DNA of 64,000 bases from Verrucomicrobiales bacterium (GCA_031411295.1 JANOAV010000140.1:65727-129726); one strand, 5' to 3'. Positions 47,951 to 59,958 are shown, counted from the first letter of the stretch. Numbers and translations are program-made. Notes: a model not told the origin generated them from the sequence alone.

Positions 47951-49237
47951 ATGAGACGCGATTTCCTAAAACTCTGCGGCCTAACTGGACTTGGTTTCAC
48001 CTGTCCTGGCGGCCTGCCAGCCCTCTTGGGGGCGGAGGCGAAATCCGCCGAGCCTTATCCCGGGCCGTATTACGTCGTTTTCAATGCTTCCGGTGGCTGG
48101 GATACCACCTATCTGATGGATCCCAAGGGCATTGGTGAGATCAACCGACTGTATCAGGCTGGCGACATCCTAACGCAGGGGGCGCATCATTTTGCCCCGA
48201 CCGACAAGCACAAGGAAGGCGGCCTGAGCAATGAGGAATTCTATCGCGAATTCGGCTCGGAATTACTGACCTTGAACGGGATGGATTACTCGGTCAATAA
48301 CCACGCTCCCGGCGCGCGCTACATGGCGACGGGGAAGTTGGACAGCTTGGCGTATCCCACCTTTTCCGCCTTGGTGGCGGCTTGCCAGGGTCCGCAGTGT
48401 CCGTTGTCTTTTCTGACGTTCGGAAATTATTCCAATACTGGCAACATCGTCGCCATGTCCCGCGTTCCTTACCTGCCATCCTTGCAACGGGTGGCGAATG
48501 CCGATGCCATCGAAGGAAACGTGCGTTCACCCTATCACGAGGAATTTGCGCTAACCCGCATCGAACAGGCCCTGGCCGCGCAAAATGCGCAACGCGAGGC
48601 CACCCGACTGCCGCGGCAGGAGCGTTCGGAAAACATGCTCTACGGGGCGCAGGTGAACTCCAAAGCGCTCGAACGCATCACCCCATTCATTCCAAAGGAG
48701 CAGCCAAAAGAACGCCTGTCGCAGCAGGTGGAAATCGCCCTCGCCTCGTTCAAAGCCGGCGTCTGTGTTTCAGCGAATCTTTCCATTGGTCAATTCGACA
48801 GTCACGCCAACAACGACAAAGATCAGATGAAGCTCATTCCAGAAATGCTGGCCGGCATCGCCTATCTGATGCGACGCGCAGAGGAGTTGAAGATCCGGGA
48901 GCATTTGGTCGTGATTGTCCAAAGTGAAATGGGTCGCACCCCCACTTACAACCAGGGCCAGGGGAAGGATCATTGGTCCATTGGCTCGATCCTGTTTCTG
49001 GGTCAAGGCATCAAAGGAAATCGCGTCCTGGGGGCCACCGATGAAAAGCAATTCCACGTGCCCTTGAATCCGCAAACTTTAGCCATCGAGAAAGCCAAGG
49101 ATGCTGGCATCCGCGTCCGTCCAGAGCACCTCCATCAAGCCCTGCGGGAATTCGCAGGCATCAGCGATCATCCCCTGAGCAAGAAATTTCCGTTGGGAGT
49201 GCTGGAGCAGGAACGGTTGGTTAAGCTGTGGGGCTAG
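47951..49237 (+). CDS. DUF1501-like Tat-exported protein
   Basis: MRRDFLK Tat motif; GGWD, FDSH, SEMGRTP..N...GKDHW, G.TD. Confidence 0.85.
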   Translation: MRRDFLKLCGLTGLGFTCPGGLPALLGAEAKSAEPYPGPYYVVFNASGGWDTTYLMDPKGIGEINRLYQAGDILTQGAHHFAPTDKHKEGGLSNEEFYREFGSELLTLNGMDYSVNNHAPGARYMATGKLDSLAYPTFSALVAACQGPQCPLSFLTFGNYSNTGNIVAMSRVPYLPSLQRVANADAIEGNVRSPYHEEFALTRIEQALAAQNAQREATRLPRQERSENMLYGAQVNSKALERITPFIPKEQPKERLSQQVEIALASFKAGVCVSANLSIGQFDSHANNDKDQMKLIPEMLAGIAYLMRRAEELKIREHLVVIVQSEMGRTPTYNQGQGKDHWSIGSILFLGQGIKGNRVLGATDEKQFHVPLNPQTLAIEKAKDAGIRVRPEHLHQALREFAGISDHPLSKKFPLGVLEQERLVKLWG

Positions 49238-49413
49238 TATTGGCCTCTCAACTGTGATGCTGAATTAACACCCAGCCAGCGGGCACCAAATCCGCCGTGC
49301 TAACCCAGCAGAGGCCGATTATTAGACAGAAGCAGCTAAATTATTCGCTCTCATTGAAATTCTTATTAGCCCAGCGGCGTAAGTCGTGATAGATTCCCCA
49401 CACTGAAACGCTG

Positions 49414-50232
49414 ATGACCCTATTTTTTCAATGGATTGCCGACCATGGCAAAGCGATTCTGGAAATGGTTCTCATTTCTGGAGGGTTGTTTTATGCTTAC
49501 CAGAAATTGCGTCCGGTGAGCGGGGCGCGGAGGTTGATTGAGTTGATTGTCTGGCTCCTGGCAGGGTTCCTTTTTGCCTATGCCTTTGATTTTGCGCTCA
49601 TTAGAACGTTTCTCGGTTTCGTCGTCATCGGTCTGGTGGTGCTGTTCCAACCGGAGCTACGACACGGGTTCGTGTCCATCATCGGGCATCGCTTGTTTAC
49701 TCCCGCGCAGAACTACGGAGAGTTGATCGAGCAGTTGGAGGAGGCCGTGGTGCAGCTTTCTGCCAAGCGCTATGGGGCCTTGTTTGCAATTGAACGTGGC
49801 ATGGATTTGAAGCAATTCCTGGAAACAGGCGTGGAGATCGACGGGAAATTTAGCCCCGCGCTGATCATGACGTTGTTTCACCCGAAAACCATCCTGCATG
49901 ATGGCGGGATGATCCTGAAGGAAGGTCGTGTGGAGGGCGCTGGCTGCGTCTTCCCAGTGAGTCAGCGGGAATTGCTGGACCGCAGCATCGGGCTGCGGCA
50001 CCGGGCGGCCATGGGAATTACCGAGCAAACGGACGCCATTGCGATTGTCGTTTCCGAGGAGACCGGGCAAATCTCCATCGCCCGGGCCGGAGAACTGGAG
50101 CAGGCGCTCACGCCGCATTTGTTCAAGCAACGGCTGACAGATCTGCTGGTCCTGCGCAAACCAACCACTGAAGCGGAACGCACCGTGGCCGCCAATGATC
50201 GTCCTCCGGCCACGAAGCGTCTGGAGGCTTGA
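49414..50232 (+). CDS. cdaA: Diadenylate cyclase CdaA (DisA_N/DAC domain)
   Basis: N-terminal TM helices, VLFQPELR, LHDGG, GLRHRAA, VVSEETG. Confidence 0.92.
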   Translation: MTLFFQWIADHGKAILEMVLISGGLFYAYQKLRPVSGARRLIELIVWLLAGFLFAYAFDFALIRTFLGFVVIGLVVLFQPELRHGFVSIIGHRLFTPAQNYGELIEQLEEAVVQLSAKRYGALFAIERGMDLKQFLETGVEIDGKFSPALIMTLFHPKTILHDGGMILKEGRVEGAGCVFPVSQRELLDRSIGLRHRAAMGITEQTDAIAIVVSEETGQISIARAGELEQALTPHLFKQRLTDLLVLRKPTTEAERTVAANDRPPATKRLEA

Positions 50233-50270
50233 TTTTTTTCCGGTTCAGCGGCATGGGAAGAAGTTTTTCC

Positions 50271-51911
50271 ATGCCCCCTCTTCGTTATTTATGTTTTCTG
50301 CTAGGTTCAACTATCCTCCCGCTCCTGGTGAGCTGTGGCACGGTGCAGCCGTATTCCCCCAAGGCCATGGATCAGGCTGCGGCCAGCCTGAATGCCACTG
50401 GGTTGTCAGCTGCCCAGCGATTGCTCTTGGAAGCCAAGCGGCTGCATAAATTTGCCGAGGTGGCCACCGTGTATCGACTGCGGGCCGGGGAGTTGGCGTG
50501 GGCGGTGGTGAACTCGGAAACCAGTTCCAACCCGGATGGTGCCGTGCTCAAGATCCTCAATCAAGCCCAGGAAGGCCTGGCGGAAACGTTGGTCGATCAG
50601 GACGGGCGGACCCAGACTTACAGTTATGCGGGTTTCACCTACTCTGTTAGTGCTCCGCCGACCAAGCTGCGCGGGTTGCATGCGGTGAATGAATTTTCTA
50701 AAGTGGAGAGTTGCACTTGCGTGGATTTCAAGCTTTGCCAGAAGCGGCTTGTGGAAGCAGGGCTAGGCCAGCCCCTGGCGGCCAAGTGGAAGCAGCCGAG
50801 GACTGGGGGGATGGACCGCTTCGTTTCCGCTCGCGGATACTTGCACCCCATTACCTCAGTGATCGGATATGATCGCACCGCTGCCGGAGCCCGTCAGGTG
50901 TCGCTGCGTTTCGTGGACCCCACCGCCATCTCCACGGCGGAGGCCAATCGACGGCAGTTCCCGCTGGCAGCTGATTTCACAGCTCCCATCGAACAAGTCT
51001 CACGTGATGTGAAGGAGTTCTCCCTCAGCCTGCTGGGCATGTTCGTGCCGCAATCTCAGGATGCAGAACTCAACCTCCTGGAGCCCTATGATCCCCAACG
51101 CATCCCCGTGCTGTTGGTTCACGGCTTGAATTCCCATCCTCGCATGTGGCGGGACGTTTACAATGAACTCCGGGCCGATCCTGCGTTGCGCGGGAAATTT
51201 CAATTCTTGACCTATCGCTATCCCACTGGCTGGCCGATCCTTTATTCCGCCTTGCGACTTCGGCAGGAAATGGCGGCTTTCGACAAAACTGTTGGCGTGC
51301 CGCCGGGGGTCGTGCTGATCGGCCACAGCATGGGTGGGCTCGTGTCCCGCTTGCAGGCCATTTCTCCCGGCCGCGCCATTTGGGACGCCAATCTCGGTCC
51401 TGCGGCCGCAGAGAAACTGCGCACCGTCCCCGCCGATTCCATTAGCAAGCAAATGTCGCTCTTTTCCAAGAACCCAGACGTGGGTCGGCTTATCTTCGTC
51501 TGCGTGCCGCATCGGGGCAGTAAAATAGCGGATTGGGCGCTGGTGCGCTATCTGGCGGACCTTATCAAGCTGCCAGCAAATCTTATCGCAATTGCCACCG
51601 ACCTCAGCAATACAATGGCCAAAGGCGGCAACATCAACGGGGTCAATCGTCTCTCCCCTTCGAACCCCACCTATGCCGCCACGGACCGGGTGCCGATTCC
51701 TGTGCCCTACCATTCCATTATTGGGGATCGGGGGAAACATGATAGTCCCCACAGCTCCGATGGAGCCGTCGAATACTGGAGTTCCCATCTGGAGGGAGCC
51801 GCGTCCGAACTCATCGTGCCAGACAACCATGGCGCTTACGATAACCCGTTAGCGATTCAAGAAATGAAGCGCGTTCTGCTCCTGCATCTGCAGCATGCCG
51901 GCCGACGTTAG
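50271..51911 (+). CDS. Alpha/beta hydrolase, probable lipoprotein
   Basis: Lipobox-like LLVSC; PVLLVHGLNS, GHSMGG, PHRGS, SDGAV.YWSSHL. Confidence 0.88.
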   Translation: MPPLRYLCFLLGSTILPLLVSCGTVQPYSPKAMDQAAASLNATGLSAAQRLLLEAKRLHKFAEVATVYRLRAGELAWAVVNSETSSNPDGAVLKILNQAQEGLAETLVDQDGRTQTYSYAGFTYSVSAPPTKLRGLHAVNEFSKVESCTCVDFKLCQKRLVEAGLGQPLAAKWKQPRTGGMDRFVSARGYLHPITSVIGYDRTAAGARQVSLRFVDPTAISTAEANRRQFPLAADFTAPIEQVSRDVKEFSLSLLGMFVPQSQDAELNLLEPYDPQRIPVLLVHGLNSHPRMWRDVYNELRADPALRGKFQFLTYRYPTGWPILYSALRLRQEMAAFDKTVGVPPGVVLIGHSMGGLVSRLQAISPGRAIWDANLGPAAAEKLRTVPADSISKQMSLFSKNPDVGRLIFVCVPHRGSKIADWALVRYLADLIKLPANLIAIATDLSNTMAKGGNINGVNRLSPSNPTYAATDRVPIPVPYHSIIGDRGKHDSPHSSDGAVEYWSSHLEGAASELIVPDNHGAYDNPLAIQEMKRVLLLHLQHAGRR

Positions 51912-51953
51912 GATGGCATCGCGTCGTGAGACTGGGTCAGCCCGCAAACATCA

Positions 51954-54290
51954 CTACTTTTTCCCTTTGGTAACTGCTTGGTCGAACCAACCGCCGCCAA
52001 ACCCGCCGCCTGCGGCTGGCTGTGCTGGCCGGTTGCCACCGAAGCTCTTCTGCCCACCACCGCCGCCGGGACTGGTCTTGCGCTCGCCCGGGCCGCCGCT
52101 GGATTTATTTCCTGCGCCTTCGAAATCAGGATTCGTCTTCAGGCTGAGACTGATGCGATTTCTCGCCAGGTCCAGCCCGATCACTGTGGCCATGACTTGC
52201 TGCTGCACTTTCAGCACTTCCGCCGGATTCTTCACGAATGTATCCGACATCTGGCTGATGTGGACCAATCCGTCTTGGTGAACACCGATATCCACAAACG
52301 CCCCAAACGCAGCCACGTTCGTCACGATGCCCGGCAACTTCATGCCGACCGTGAGTTGGCTCGGCTTGTCCACGCCTTCCAAGAACGCAAAGGTTTCGAA
52401 CTTCTTCCGTGGATCGCGCCCTGGCTTGGCTAATTCGGAAAGAATGTCCTGCAGCGTCGGCAAGCCCACGCTGTCGCTGATGTATTTCCGCAGATCAATC
52501 GCCTGCCGACGTTTCTCATCGGTCATCAGATCCTTCACGCTGCAACCCAAGTCCTGCGCCATCTTTTCCACCAGCGCATAACGCTCCGGGTGCACTGCGC
52601 TGGAGTCCAGCGGATGCTCGCCTCCCCGGATGCGCAGGAAGCCGGCGGCTTGTTCAAAGGCCTTGTCGCCCAGACGTGGCACGCTTTGCAGTTCCTTGCG
52701 GTTCTTGAAGGGACCATTGGTAGCCCGATGCGCCACGATGTTCTCCGCGATCGTTTTGTTCAGTCCGGAAACGTAGCTCAGCAGTTGCTTACTAGCCGTA
52801 TTCACTTCCACGCCCACATTGTTGACGCAGGAAATAACCGCGTCATCCAGCGTGTTCTTGAGCAGGGTCTGATCCACGTCATGCTGATACTGACCCACGC
52901 CAATCGACTTCGGATCAATCTTCACCAATTCCGCCAGCGGATCCATCAAACGTCGCCCAATGGACACCGCTCCCCGCACCGTGAGATCCTGCGTGGGGAA
53001 TTCCTCCCGGGCGGCCTCAGAGGCTGAGTAAATGGACGCGCCCGACTCATTGACCATGATGGTGGTGATGTTCGGACAAATTTTTCTAACAAACGACTCT
53101 GTTTCCCGACCTGCCGTGCCATTGCCAATCGCGATCGCCTCAATCTTATGCTGCGCCACGAGTCCCATCAGCGTGCGCGCAGCTTCCACCATTTGAGTCT
53201 GGCCAGTGGTGGGGTAAATGACATCATTGTGCACCAGGCCGCCTTGAGCCGTGAGCACCACCACCTTACATCCTGTGCGGAAACCAGGATCGATCGCCAG
53301 CACGCGCTTCTCGCCTAACGCAGGAGCCATCATCAGATCCTTCATGTTATCAGAGAACACGCGCACCGCTTCCACATCCGCCTTCTTCTTGGAGTTCAGG
53401 CGCATTTCCGTTTCCATGCTGGGGAAGAGCAATCGCTTGCAACTATCCGCTGCTGCCAGCGTCATTTGATCCGCGCAGGGGCCGTGACCAGTCACAAACA
53501 AACGTTTCACCGTGTCCACGCCACGCTCTTCCGGAATGCTAACGCGCATCATCAGGAAACCTTCCTTCTCGCCCCGCCGAATCGCCAGCAAGCGGTGGCT
53601 GGGAATCGCCTTGAAAGGCTCGGACCATTCGAAGTAATCGCGGAACTTGGCCGCCTCCGTGTCCTCTTCCTTGCCCATCAGGACTTTGGAAGAAATGGTC
53701 GCTTCATTTTCATAAACTTGCCGCAGGGCAGTCCGAATATTTGCCGTGTCACTGGCGCGTTCGGCCAATATATCGCGCGCACCAGCCAGTGCATCTTCGG
53801 CGGATTTCACCAGCGTTTCCTCGGTCACGCCGTCCTTGCCCGCAGTGACATATTTCTCGCCTTCCGCCTTGGGATCTGCGGTTGGCACTGGCACATTTTC
53901 CACAATCCAATCCGCCAGCGGCGTGAGCCCCTTTTCCACCGCAATCGTCGCCCGAGTCCGACGTTTCGGACGGAACGGCGCGAAGGCGTCTTCCAACTGC
54001 GTCAGCGTCGTGGCCGCCGCAATCGTGGCCTTCAGCGCATCCGTCATCAACTTGCGTTCATCCAGCGATTTAATAATCGCCTCCCGCCGCGAATCCACTT
54101 CCGCAAACTGCAGCAATCGATCCCGCACGGTCGTGATTTGCACTTCATCCAGCATCCCTGTGGCTTCCTTCCGATACCGCGCGATAAATGGCACTGTGCC
54201 CCCTTCAGCCAGCAATTCAGCAGTCGCGCCCACCTGGGTCACTTTGATCTTCAGTTCGGTGGCAATACGGGTCAGATAATCGATATTCAT
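51954..54290 (-). CDS. tex: Tex RNA-binding transcriptional accessory protein
   Basis: GGTVPFIARYRKEATG, DPGFRTGCK, GNGTAGRET, ESGASIYSAS, S1 domain FGAFVDIGVHQDGLVHIS. Confidence 0.96.
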   Translation of the reverse strand: MNIDYLTRIATELKIKVTQVGATAELLAEGGTVPFIARYRKEATGMLDEVQITTVRDRLLQFAEVDSRREAIIKSLDERKLMTDALKATIAAATTLTQLEDAFAPFRPKRRTRATIAVEKGLTPLADWIVENVPVPTADPKAEGEKYVTAGKDGVTEETLVKSAEDALAGARDILAERASDTANIRTALRQVYENEATISSKVLMGKEEDTEAAKFRDYFEWSEPFKAIPSHRLLAIRRGEKEGFLMMRVSIPEERGVDTVKRLFVTGHGPCADQMTLAAADSCKRLLFPSMETEMRLNSKKKADVEAVRVFSDNMKDLMMAPALGEKRVLAIDPGFRTGCKVVVLTAQGGLVHNDVIYPTTGQTQMVEAARTLMGLVAQHKIEAIAIGNGTAGRETESFVRKICPNITTIMVNESGASIYSASEAAREEFPTQDLTVRGAVSIGRRLMDPLAELVKIDPKSIGVGQYQHDVDQTLLKNTLDDAVISCVNNVGVEVNTASKQLLSYVSGLNKTIAENIVAHRATNGPFKNRKELQSVPRLGDKAFEQAAGFLRIRGGEHPLDSSAVHPERYALVEKMAQDLGCSVKDLMTDEKRRQAIDLRKYISDSVGLPTLQDILSELAKPGRDPRKKFETFAFLEGVDKPSQLTVGMKLPGIVTNVAAFGAFVDIGVHQDGLVHISQMSDTFVKNPAEVLKVQQQVMATVIGLDLARNRISLSLKTNPDFEGAGNKSSGGPGERKTSPGGGGGQKSFGGNRPAQPAAGGGFGGGWFDQAVTKGKK

Positions 54291-54563
54291 GAGGGTGGAG
54301 AGCGAGGAAAAAGGAACGTTTCAGGGGTTGAAAAGGCACCCGCAGGGGATGGTCGCCCCATGCTGGTCCGCGAGTCCTAAAACGGTGCCAATAAGTTCGC
54401 AACGTGAAACGCAAATTCTTGTGAAATGGGAGTGCCCTTGCCCCCCACGCTCGGAGTCCACCCGAGTTGGTGTTCAGCCTTTAGGCGCTCCAACAAGAAA
54501 AGCAGAACCACCAAGAGCGTTTTAGGTAATAGCCCAGCAGGCACCGACCATCCGACGCCTACC

Positions 54564-54833
54564 CTACTTGCTGAAGCGGAAGATTGATTCACCTGGTTTG
54601 TGCAAATCGAGTAAATCGCGGGCTTTGATTTCGATAAAATTTGGGTCGGCGTCCAGCAGGACACTTTCGTTCTCCAATCGCTCTTTTTTCAGCGCCATTT
54701 CCTCAGCTTGCTGCTTCATGCTGGCGATTTTGTCGTCTGTCTCCCGGAGTTTCTTGAACTCGGGCAAGAGTCGAATCGCCAAACCGCCAAACAACAGTAA
54801 CAGGCAACCCACGAAGGCGAGTCGGCTGATCAA
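54564..54833 (-). CDS. ftsB: Septum formation initiator FtsB/DivIC family (start uncertain)
   Basis: TM + coiled coil + DPNFIEIKARDLLDLHKPGE; downstream of eno as in many bacteria. Confidence 0.8.
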   Translation of the reverse strand: MISRLAFVGCLLLLFGGLAIRLLPEFKKLRETDDKIASMKQQAEEMALKKERLENESVLLDADPNFIEIKARDLLDLHKPGESIFRFSK

Positions 54834-54906
54834 CGCCCAGCCGGTGCTGGGTTCTGGAGATTGAGGGTTTATGAGTTAGTCGGGGTTACGAGGTGAGAAG
54901 ACCGAC

Positions 54907-54955
54907 TGATGACCGAGGAGTTGATGCGGTTGGAGGCATCAATCCTCGATCATCA
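54907..54955. other. Long hairpin between eno and ftsB
   Basis: tgatgaccgagga-g-ttgatgc / gcatcaa-tcctcgatcatca inverted repeat. Confidence 0.65.
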
Positions 54956-54964
54956 ATCAGCAGG

Positions 54965-56455
<1,491 letters not shown>

Positions 56456-56518
56456 TCACCAACGGGTGAGCGGTTACTGGCAAATGCGCGGGACGGAAAC
56501 GGTTTGTTCAAACAGCTT

Positions 56519-56713
56519 GCCGCAAAAGAACGCAAGGAACGCAAAATTGAAGTTATAAACTTGGTCGGACGCGTTCGTCTAGGCATTGGAATGCCAAGCT
56601 ACGTAGCGCGACATTCCAACGTCGCGACGGCGGGAGTGCGCCTGCCACCTGGCTGTGTAGGCACCTCGACCCAAATGGCCAAGCCCTTTGCGTTCCATGC
56701 GTTCTTTTGCGGC
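56519..56713. mobile_element. MITE/REP-like element with 27-bp terminal inverted repeats
   Basis: gccgcaaaagaacgcaaggaacgcaaa (56519-56545) vs tttgcgttccatgcgttcttttgcggc (56687-56713), one mismatch. Confidence 0.6.
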
Positions 56714-56799
56714 CATCATTGGGGTGGTTTGTAAATGAAACAATCTGCCGCCAAAGTTTCTGGGAATTTCGAAATTCGCCTCCTGCTATTCCTCTAGAC

Positions 56800-57066
56800 C
56801 GTTCCAAGACGCTGCGAAGGGAGGGGTGTCAGGTGGATCTGCTCATCCGCACGCGTCGCTCCTTGTATTTGTTTGAAATGAAATTCCGCCAACGAATTGA
56901 GGCTAGTGTGGTTACGGAGGTGCAGGAAAAGGTGCATCGACTCGCGGTGCCTCGGGGCACGTCCATCCGCACTGGATTGATCTATGCCGGGGAGTTGGCT
57001 CCGGCCGTGCAGGAGCCAGACGCATTCGATTTCCTGATTCCAGCCTCCCAATTACTGCAGGGGTAA
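56800..57066 (+). pseudogene. C-terminal PD-(D/E)XK fragment of an ATPase-nuclease (DUF234-like) gene
   Basis: GCQVDLLIRTRRSLYLFEMKF; no ATPase domain or credible start upstream. Confidence 0.6.
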
Positions 57067-57398
57067 CCCCTGCTGACCAACCGGGTTAGGGCTGGGCGCA
57101 CTGCCGATGGCCAAGGGTTTTCATATTCCTGAATCATGACTGATATCGGTTGGTTTGTCGAGTTTGATGGAAGCTTGATTGCGGGATGCGTGGTGACTGA
57201 TCAAGGGACGCGTCAAAGCGTCCTCCAAAACAACAGAAACCGTCAAAATTGTGGTGATTTCATCATGGTAAATATCAAATGTAAGAAAAAGTAGTAAATT
57301 TTATCAGAATTATCTATTTCATTGCAAATAGTTCTTGCATCTGCAAAAATTCTCAGTATTAATACGTAACCTCAACTCACCTCCAACAAAACTGACTC

Positions 57399-58496
57399 AT
57401 GCAACTTCAAACCAGCGGAACAGCTTCCAACTCCAAGGGGATTACCTCGCGCTCCAGCATGAGCCTGGGTCGTCTGACACTCGGAGTCATCACAGCCTTG
57501 GGTTTGACGGCTTCGGCTGGATGGGCCGCAGGGGATTTGAGCGCAGCGCAACTCAACGAGCGGCTGACCCACGCAGACAGCGCGCTCTCGCTGACGGTCA
57601 AGGCCATCGAGACCAGCGTGACGGCGGGTAACCCTAAATTGCTCGCTTCCCTGATCGATACGGATGCTGTGCTCGCCACCGCCACGGCGGACTTGGGAGG
57701 CCCGGATGTGGCCACGGTGCGGAAAATTTTCAGTGACGGCACGAAGCAAGCCTGGGTGAATAACAATCCTGCCAACGACTACGCTGGCACCCTGTTCCGT
57801 TTCCTGCGCGTCCGCAGTTTCCAAGGTCGGGATGGTCTGCTGTTCCGTTCGGAAAATGATACTGGCAACATCAACTACTTCCTCTTCGTTCTGGGTGAGC
57901 CCAATGCCGGGGAATACCGGGTGCGTGACATTTACACCTTCGGGCTGAATGAATTCGCCAGCACCGGCCTCCGCCGCACCTACAGCCACCTCCTGGCCAG
58001 CTTCGCGAAGCCTGAGGATGCCAAGAAATACAGCCCCATCGGGCAGACCTACGTGGATCATTTGCAAGACATTGCCAACATCAATCGCTGCCTGCGCGAT
58101 GGGAAGTATGCCCAAGCCGTGGGTCTGTGGCAAAGCCTCCCGCCAGAAATTCAAAAGGAACGCAGTGTGCTCATGCTCCGCATTGATGCCGCCGAGCGCA
58201 TCTCCCCGCAGGACCGGGCCGTGGCCATGGATACTTGGATGAAAACTTATCCCGACGAGATGAGCCTGCCCCTGAAAATCGCGGACTACTACATGTCCCA
58301 GAACCGCTGGTCCGATGCCCAGAAGTTGCTCGGCAAAGTGATCGAAAACGTTGGAGGCGACTCCCGGATGTTGTTCCAACTCGGTCAAGTGGCCTATAAT
58401 TCGCATCGCGATGGCAATAACTGGGTGGAAACCGCCAAGCTCGAAGGTGACAAAGAAGCCGTGAGCAGGGACTCCACCGTGCCGCCCGCCAAGTAA
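57399..58496 (+). CDS. Exported hypothetical protein with helical/TPR-like C-terminus
   Basis: Signal-like LTLGVITALGLTASAGWAA; host-like codon usage. Confidence 0.75.
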   Translation: MQLQTSGTASNSKGITSRSSMSLGRLTLGVITALGLTASAGWAAGDLSAAQLNERLTHADSALSLTVKAIETSVTAGNPKLLASLIDTDAVLATATADLGGPDVATVRKIFSDGTKQAWVNNNPANDYAGTLFRFLRVRSFQGRDGLLFRSENDTGNINYFLFVLGEPNAGEYRVRDIYTFGLNEFASTGLRRTYSHLLASFAKPEDAKKYSPIGQTYVDHLQDIANINRCLRDGKYAQAVGLWQSLPPEIQKERSVLMLRIDAAERISPQDRAVAMDTWMKTYPDEMSLPLKIADYYMSQNRWSDAQKLLGKVIENVGGDSRMLFQLGQVAYNSHRDGNNWVETAKLEGDKEAVSRDSTVPPAK

Positions 58497-58535
58497 GGCC
58501 GCAGAATGTTTTGCAGCGATTCGCTGCGCAAGCCA

Positions 58536-58564
58536 AAATGGCGATCCCCCCCGGATCGCCATTT
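58536..58564 (+). terminator. Intrinsic terminator-like hairpin
   Basis: aaatggcgatcc-ccccc-ggatcgccattt, followed by ct. Confidence 0.6.
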
Positions 58565-58680
58565 CTGCGTTGGGGGCGAAATTACTATTTCCCAATCACC
58601 CGAGATCCTTTACAGATTCCCCAGACTCTGCCAACGTGGACTCAATTCAAATTTATTAACCCACTCAGCCCCCATTACTC

Positions 58681-58953
58681 ATGTCCCAGGCCATCATGGA
58701 CCCCGAAGAGGTGCGACGCTTCGCCAAGGAGCTGAAGCGCTTTAATGACGACGTGCAATCCCGAGCCGCTGCCCTGCAAGCCCGGTTCCTTGCGCTGAGC
58801 GGAACTTGGCAGGATCAGGAGCACGAGAAATTTGCCGAAGAGTTCATCGCCACCATGAAGGTGCTCAAGAAATTCGTGGAAGTGGGCGAGAAGCACACCC
58901 CGTTCCTGCTCCGCAAAGCCCAGCGCATCGAAGAATATTTGGATCAACGTTAG
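58681..58953 (+). CDS. WXG100/ESAT-6-like protein
   Basis: 90 aa helix-turn-helix; MDPEEVRRFA..L, central LSGTWQD..HEKF, terminal IEEYL. Confidence 0.85.
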   Translation: MSQAIMDPEEVRRFAKELKRFNDDVQSRAAALQARFLALSGTWQDQEHEKFAEEFIATMKVLKKFVEVGEKHTPFLLRKAQRIEEYLDQR

Positions 58954-58966
58954 GTCCTGTTAACCC

Positions 58967-59515
58967 ATGGCCGAACAAGCAAAAATCACCTCGCTGGATG
59001 TGCTCGAAACGTTTCGGGCGCAAGTGATCGTATTTCTCACCAAGGCGCGTCGGGCCTTGGATCAAGCGGGTGAGGAGAGCCGCTGCACCCGGCAGTGGCT
59101 TGAAGTGGAACAGCGGGTGCATTGGGAGGGACAACTCCGGCGGCGGAACAAAGTGCTGGACCGTGTCACCCAGGAACTCATCACCGCGCGCTTTTCCTCA
59201 TTTCGCGACAGCCTCATGGCCGAGGAATCAGCCGTGCGCAAGGCCAAGGCGGCGGTGGCGGAGGCCGAGGGCAAACTCAAAGCCATCAAATATTGGCTGC
59301 GGGAATTCGATCGCCAGACCGAGCCCCTCTTGAAGCGCTTGGAAATGCTGCGCCAATATCTGGATCACGAAATGCCCATGGGCGTGGCTTTTCTGGTCCA
59401 AGCGCAGAAAACGCTGGCAGACTATGCCGGCTTGGCCAGTGGACTGGCTACCTCCGTGCTGCCACCAGTCATCACAGACCTTCCGTCCTCCACCCCAGAA
59501 TCCCCCACCACATGA
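58967..59515 (+). CDS. Helical coiled-coil protein of the WXG100 locus
   Basis: 182 aa, all-helical pattern, contains HWEG; 13 bp after the WXG100 gene. Confidence 0.75.
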   Translation: MAEQAKITSLDVLETFRAQVIVFLTKARRALDQAGEESRCTRQWLEVEQRVHWEGQLRRRNKVLDRVTQELITARFSSFRDSLMAEESAVRKAKAAVAEAEGKLKAIKYWLREFDRQTEPLLKRLEMLRQYLDHEMPMGVAFLVQAQKTLADYAGLASGLATSVLPPVITDLPSSTPESPTT

Positions 59516-59724
59516 GCTTACGTGTCGGCAGTGCCAACCTCTCCGCCGCCGGCAAGGACTTGGCCGTGGAATGGAGTCGTGCCGAGAATCACTGGCGGGA
59601 CATCAAAGCTGCGGAATTCGAGGCCAAGTATTTGGAGAATATTCCCCAAATGATCGCCCAAGCCGCTCCCATCATGGAGGAACTGGACACGATTATCCGC
59701 AAAGTGCGGCATGATTGCGAGTGA
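59512..59724 (+). CDS. Small WXG100-like helical protein (70 aa)
   Basis: ATGA overlap with the previous stop; MSLRVGSANL...EWSRAENHWRDIKAAEFEAKYL with central W-x-D. Confidence 0.72.
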   Translation: MSLRVGSANLSAAGKDLAVEWSRAENHWRDIKAAEFEAKYLENIPQMIAQAAPIMEELDTIIRKVRHDCE

Positions 59725-59958
59725 CGGAAATCCCCCCAATTGCAGCGTTGCCGTTATGCTCGGGCAGCTTTACAATTATGCGGTGTCGTGCCAGAATTGG
59801 CCGCATTGCCCGCCTTGCTTTTCCCACCCCATCACTACCATGAATTCACTTTCGTTATTGTTTCCGAGGTTAACCGCCTCTGCTAAACTCCGCCGACCGC
59901 AAGCCGCGTGTTGCCCAGGGAAACAATTGATCGCTTGATTCAGAAAGGCCCCATCACT

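Noticed and set aside
57372..58595. 407-aa minus-strand ORF
   Set aside because: Antisense to the 57399-58496 gene, which has the signal peptide and a downstream terminator.
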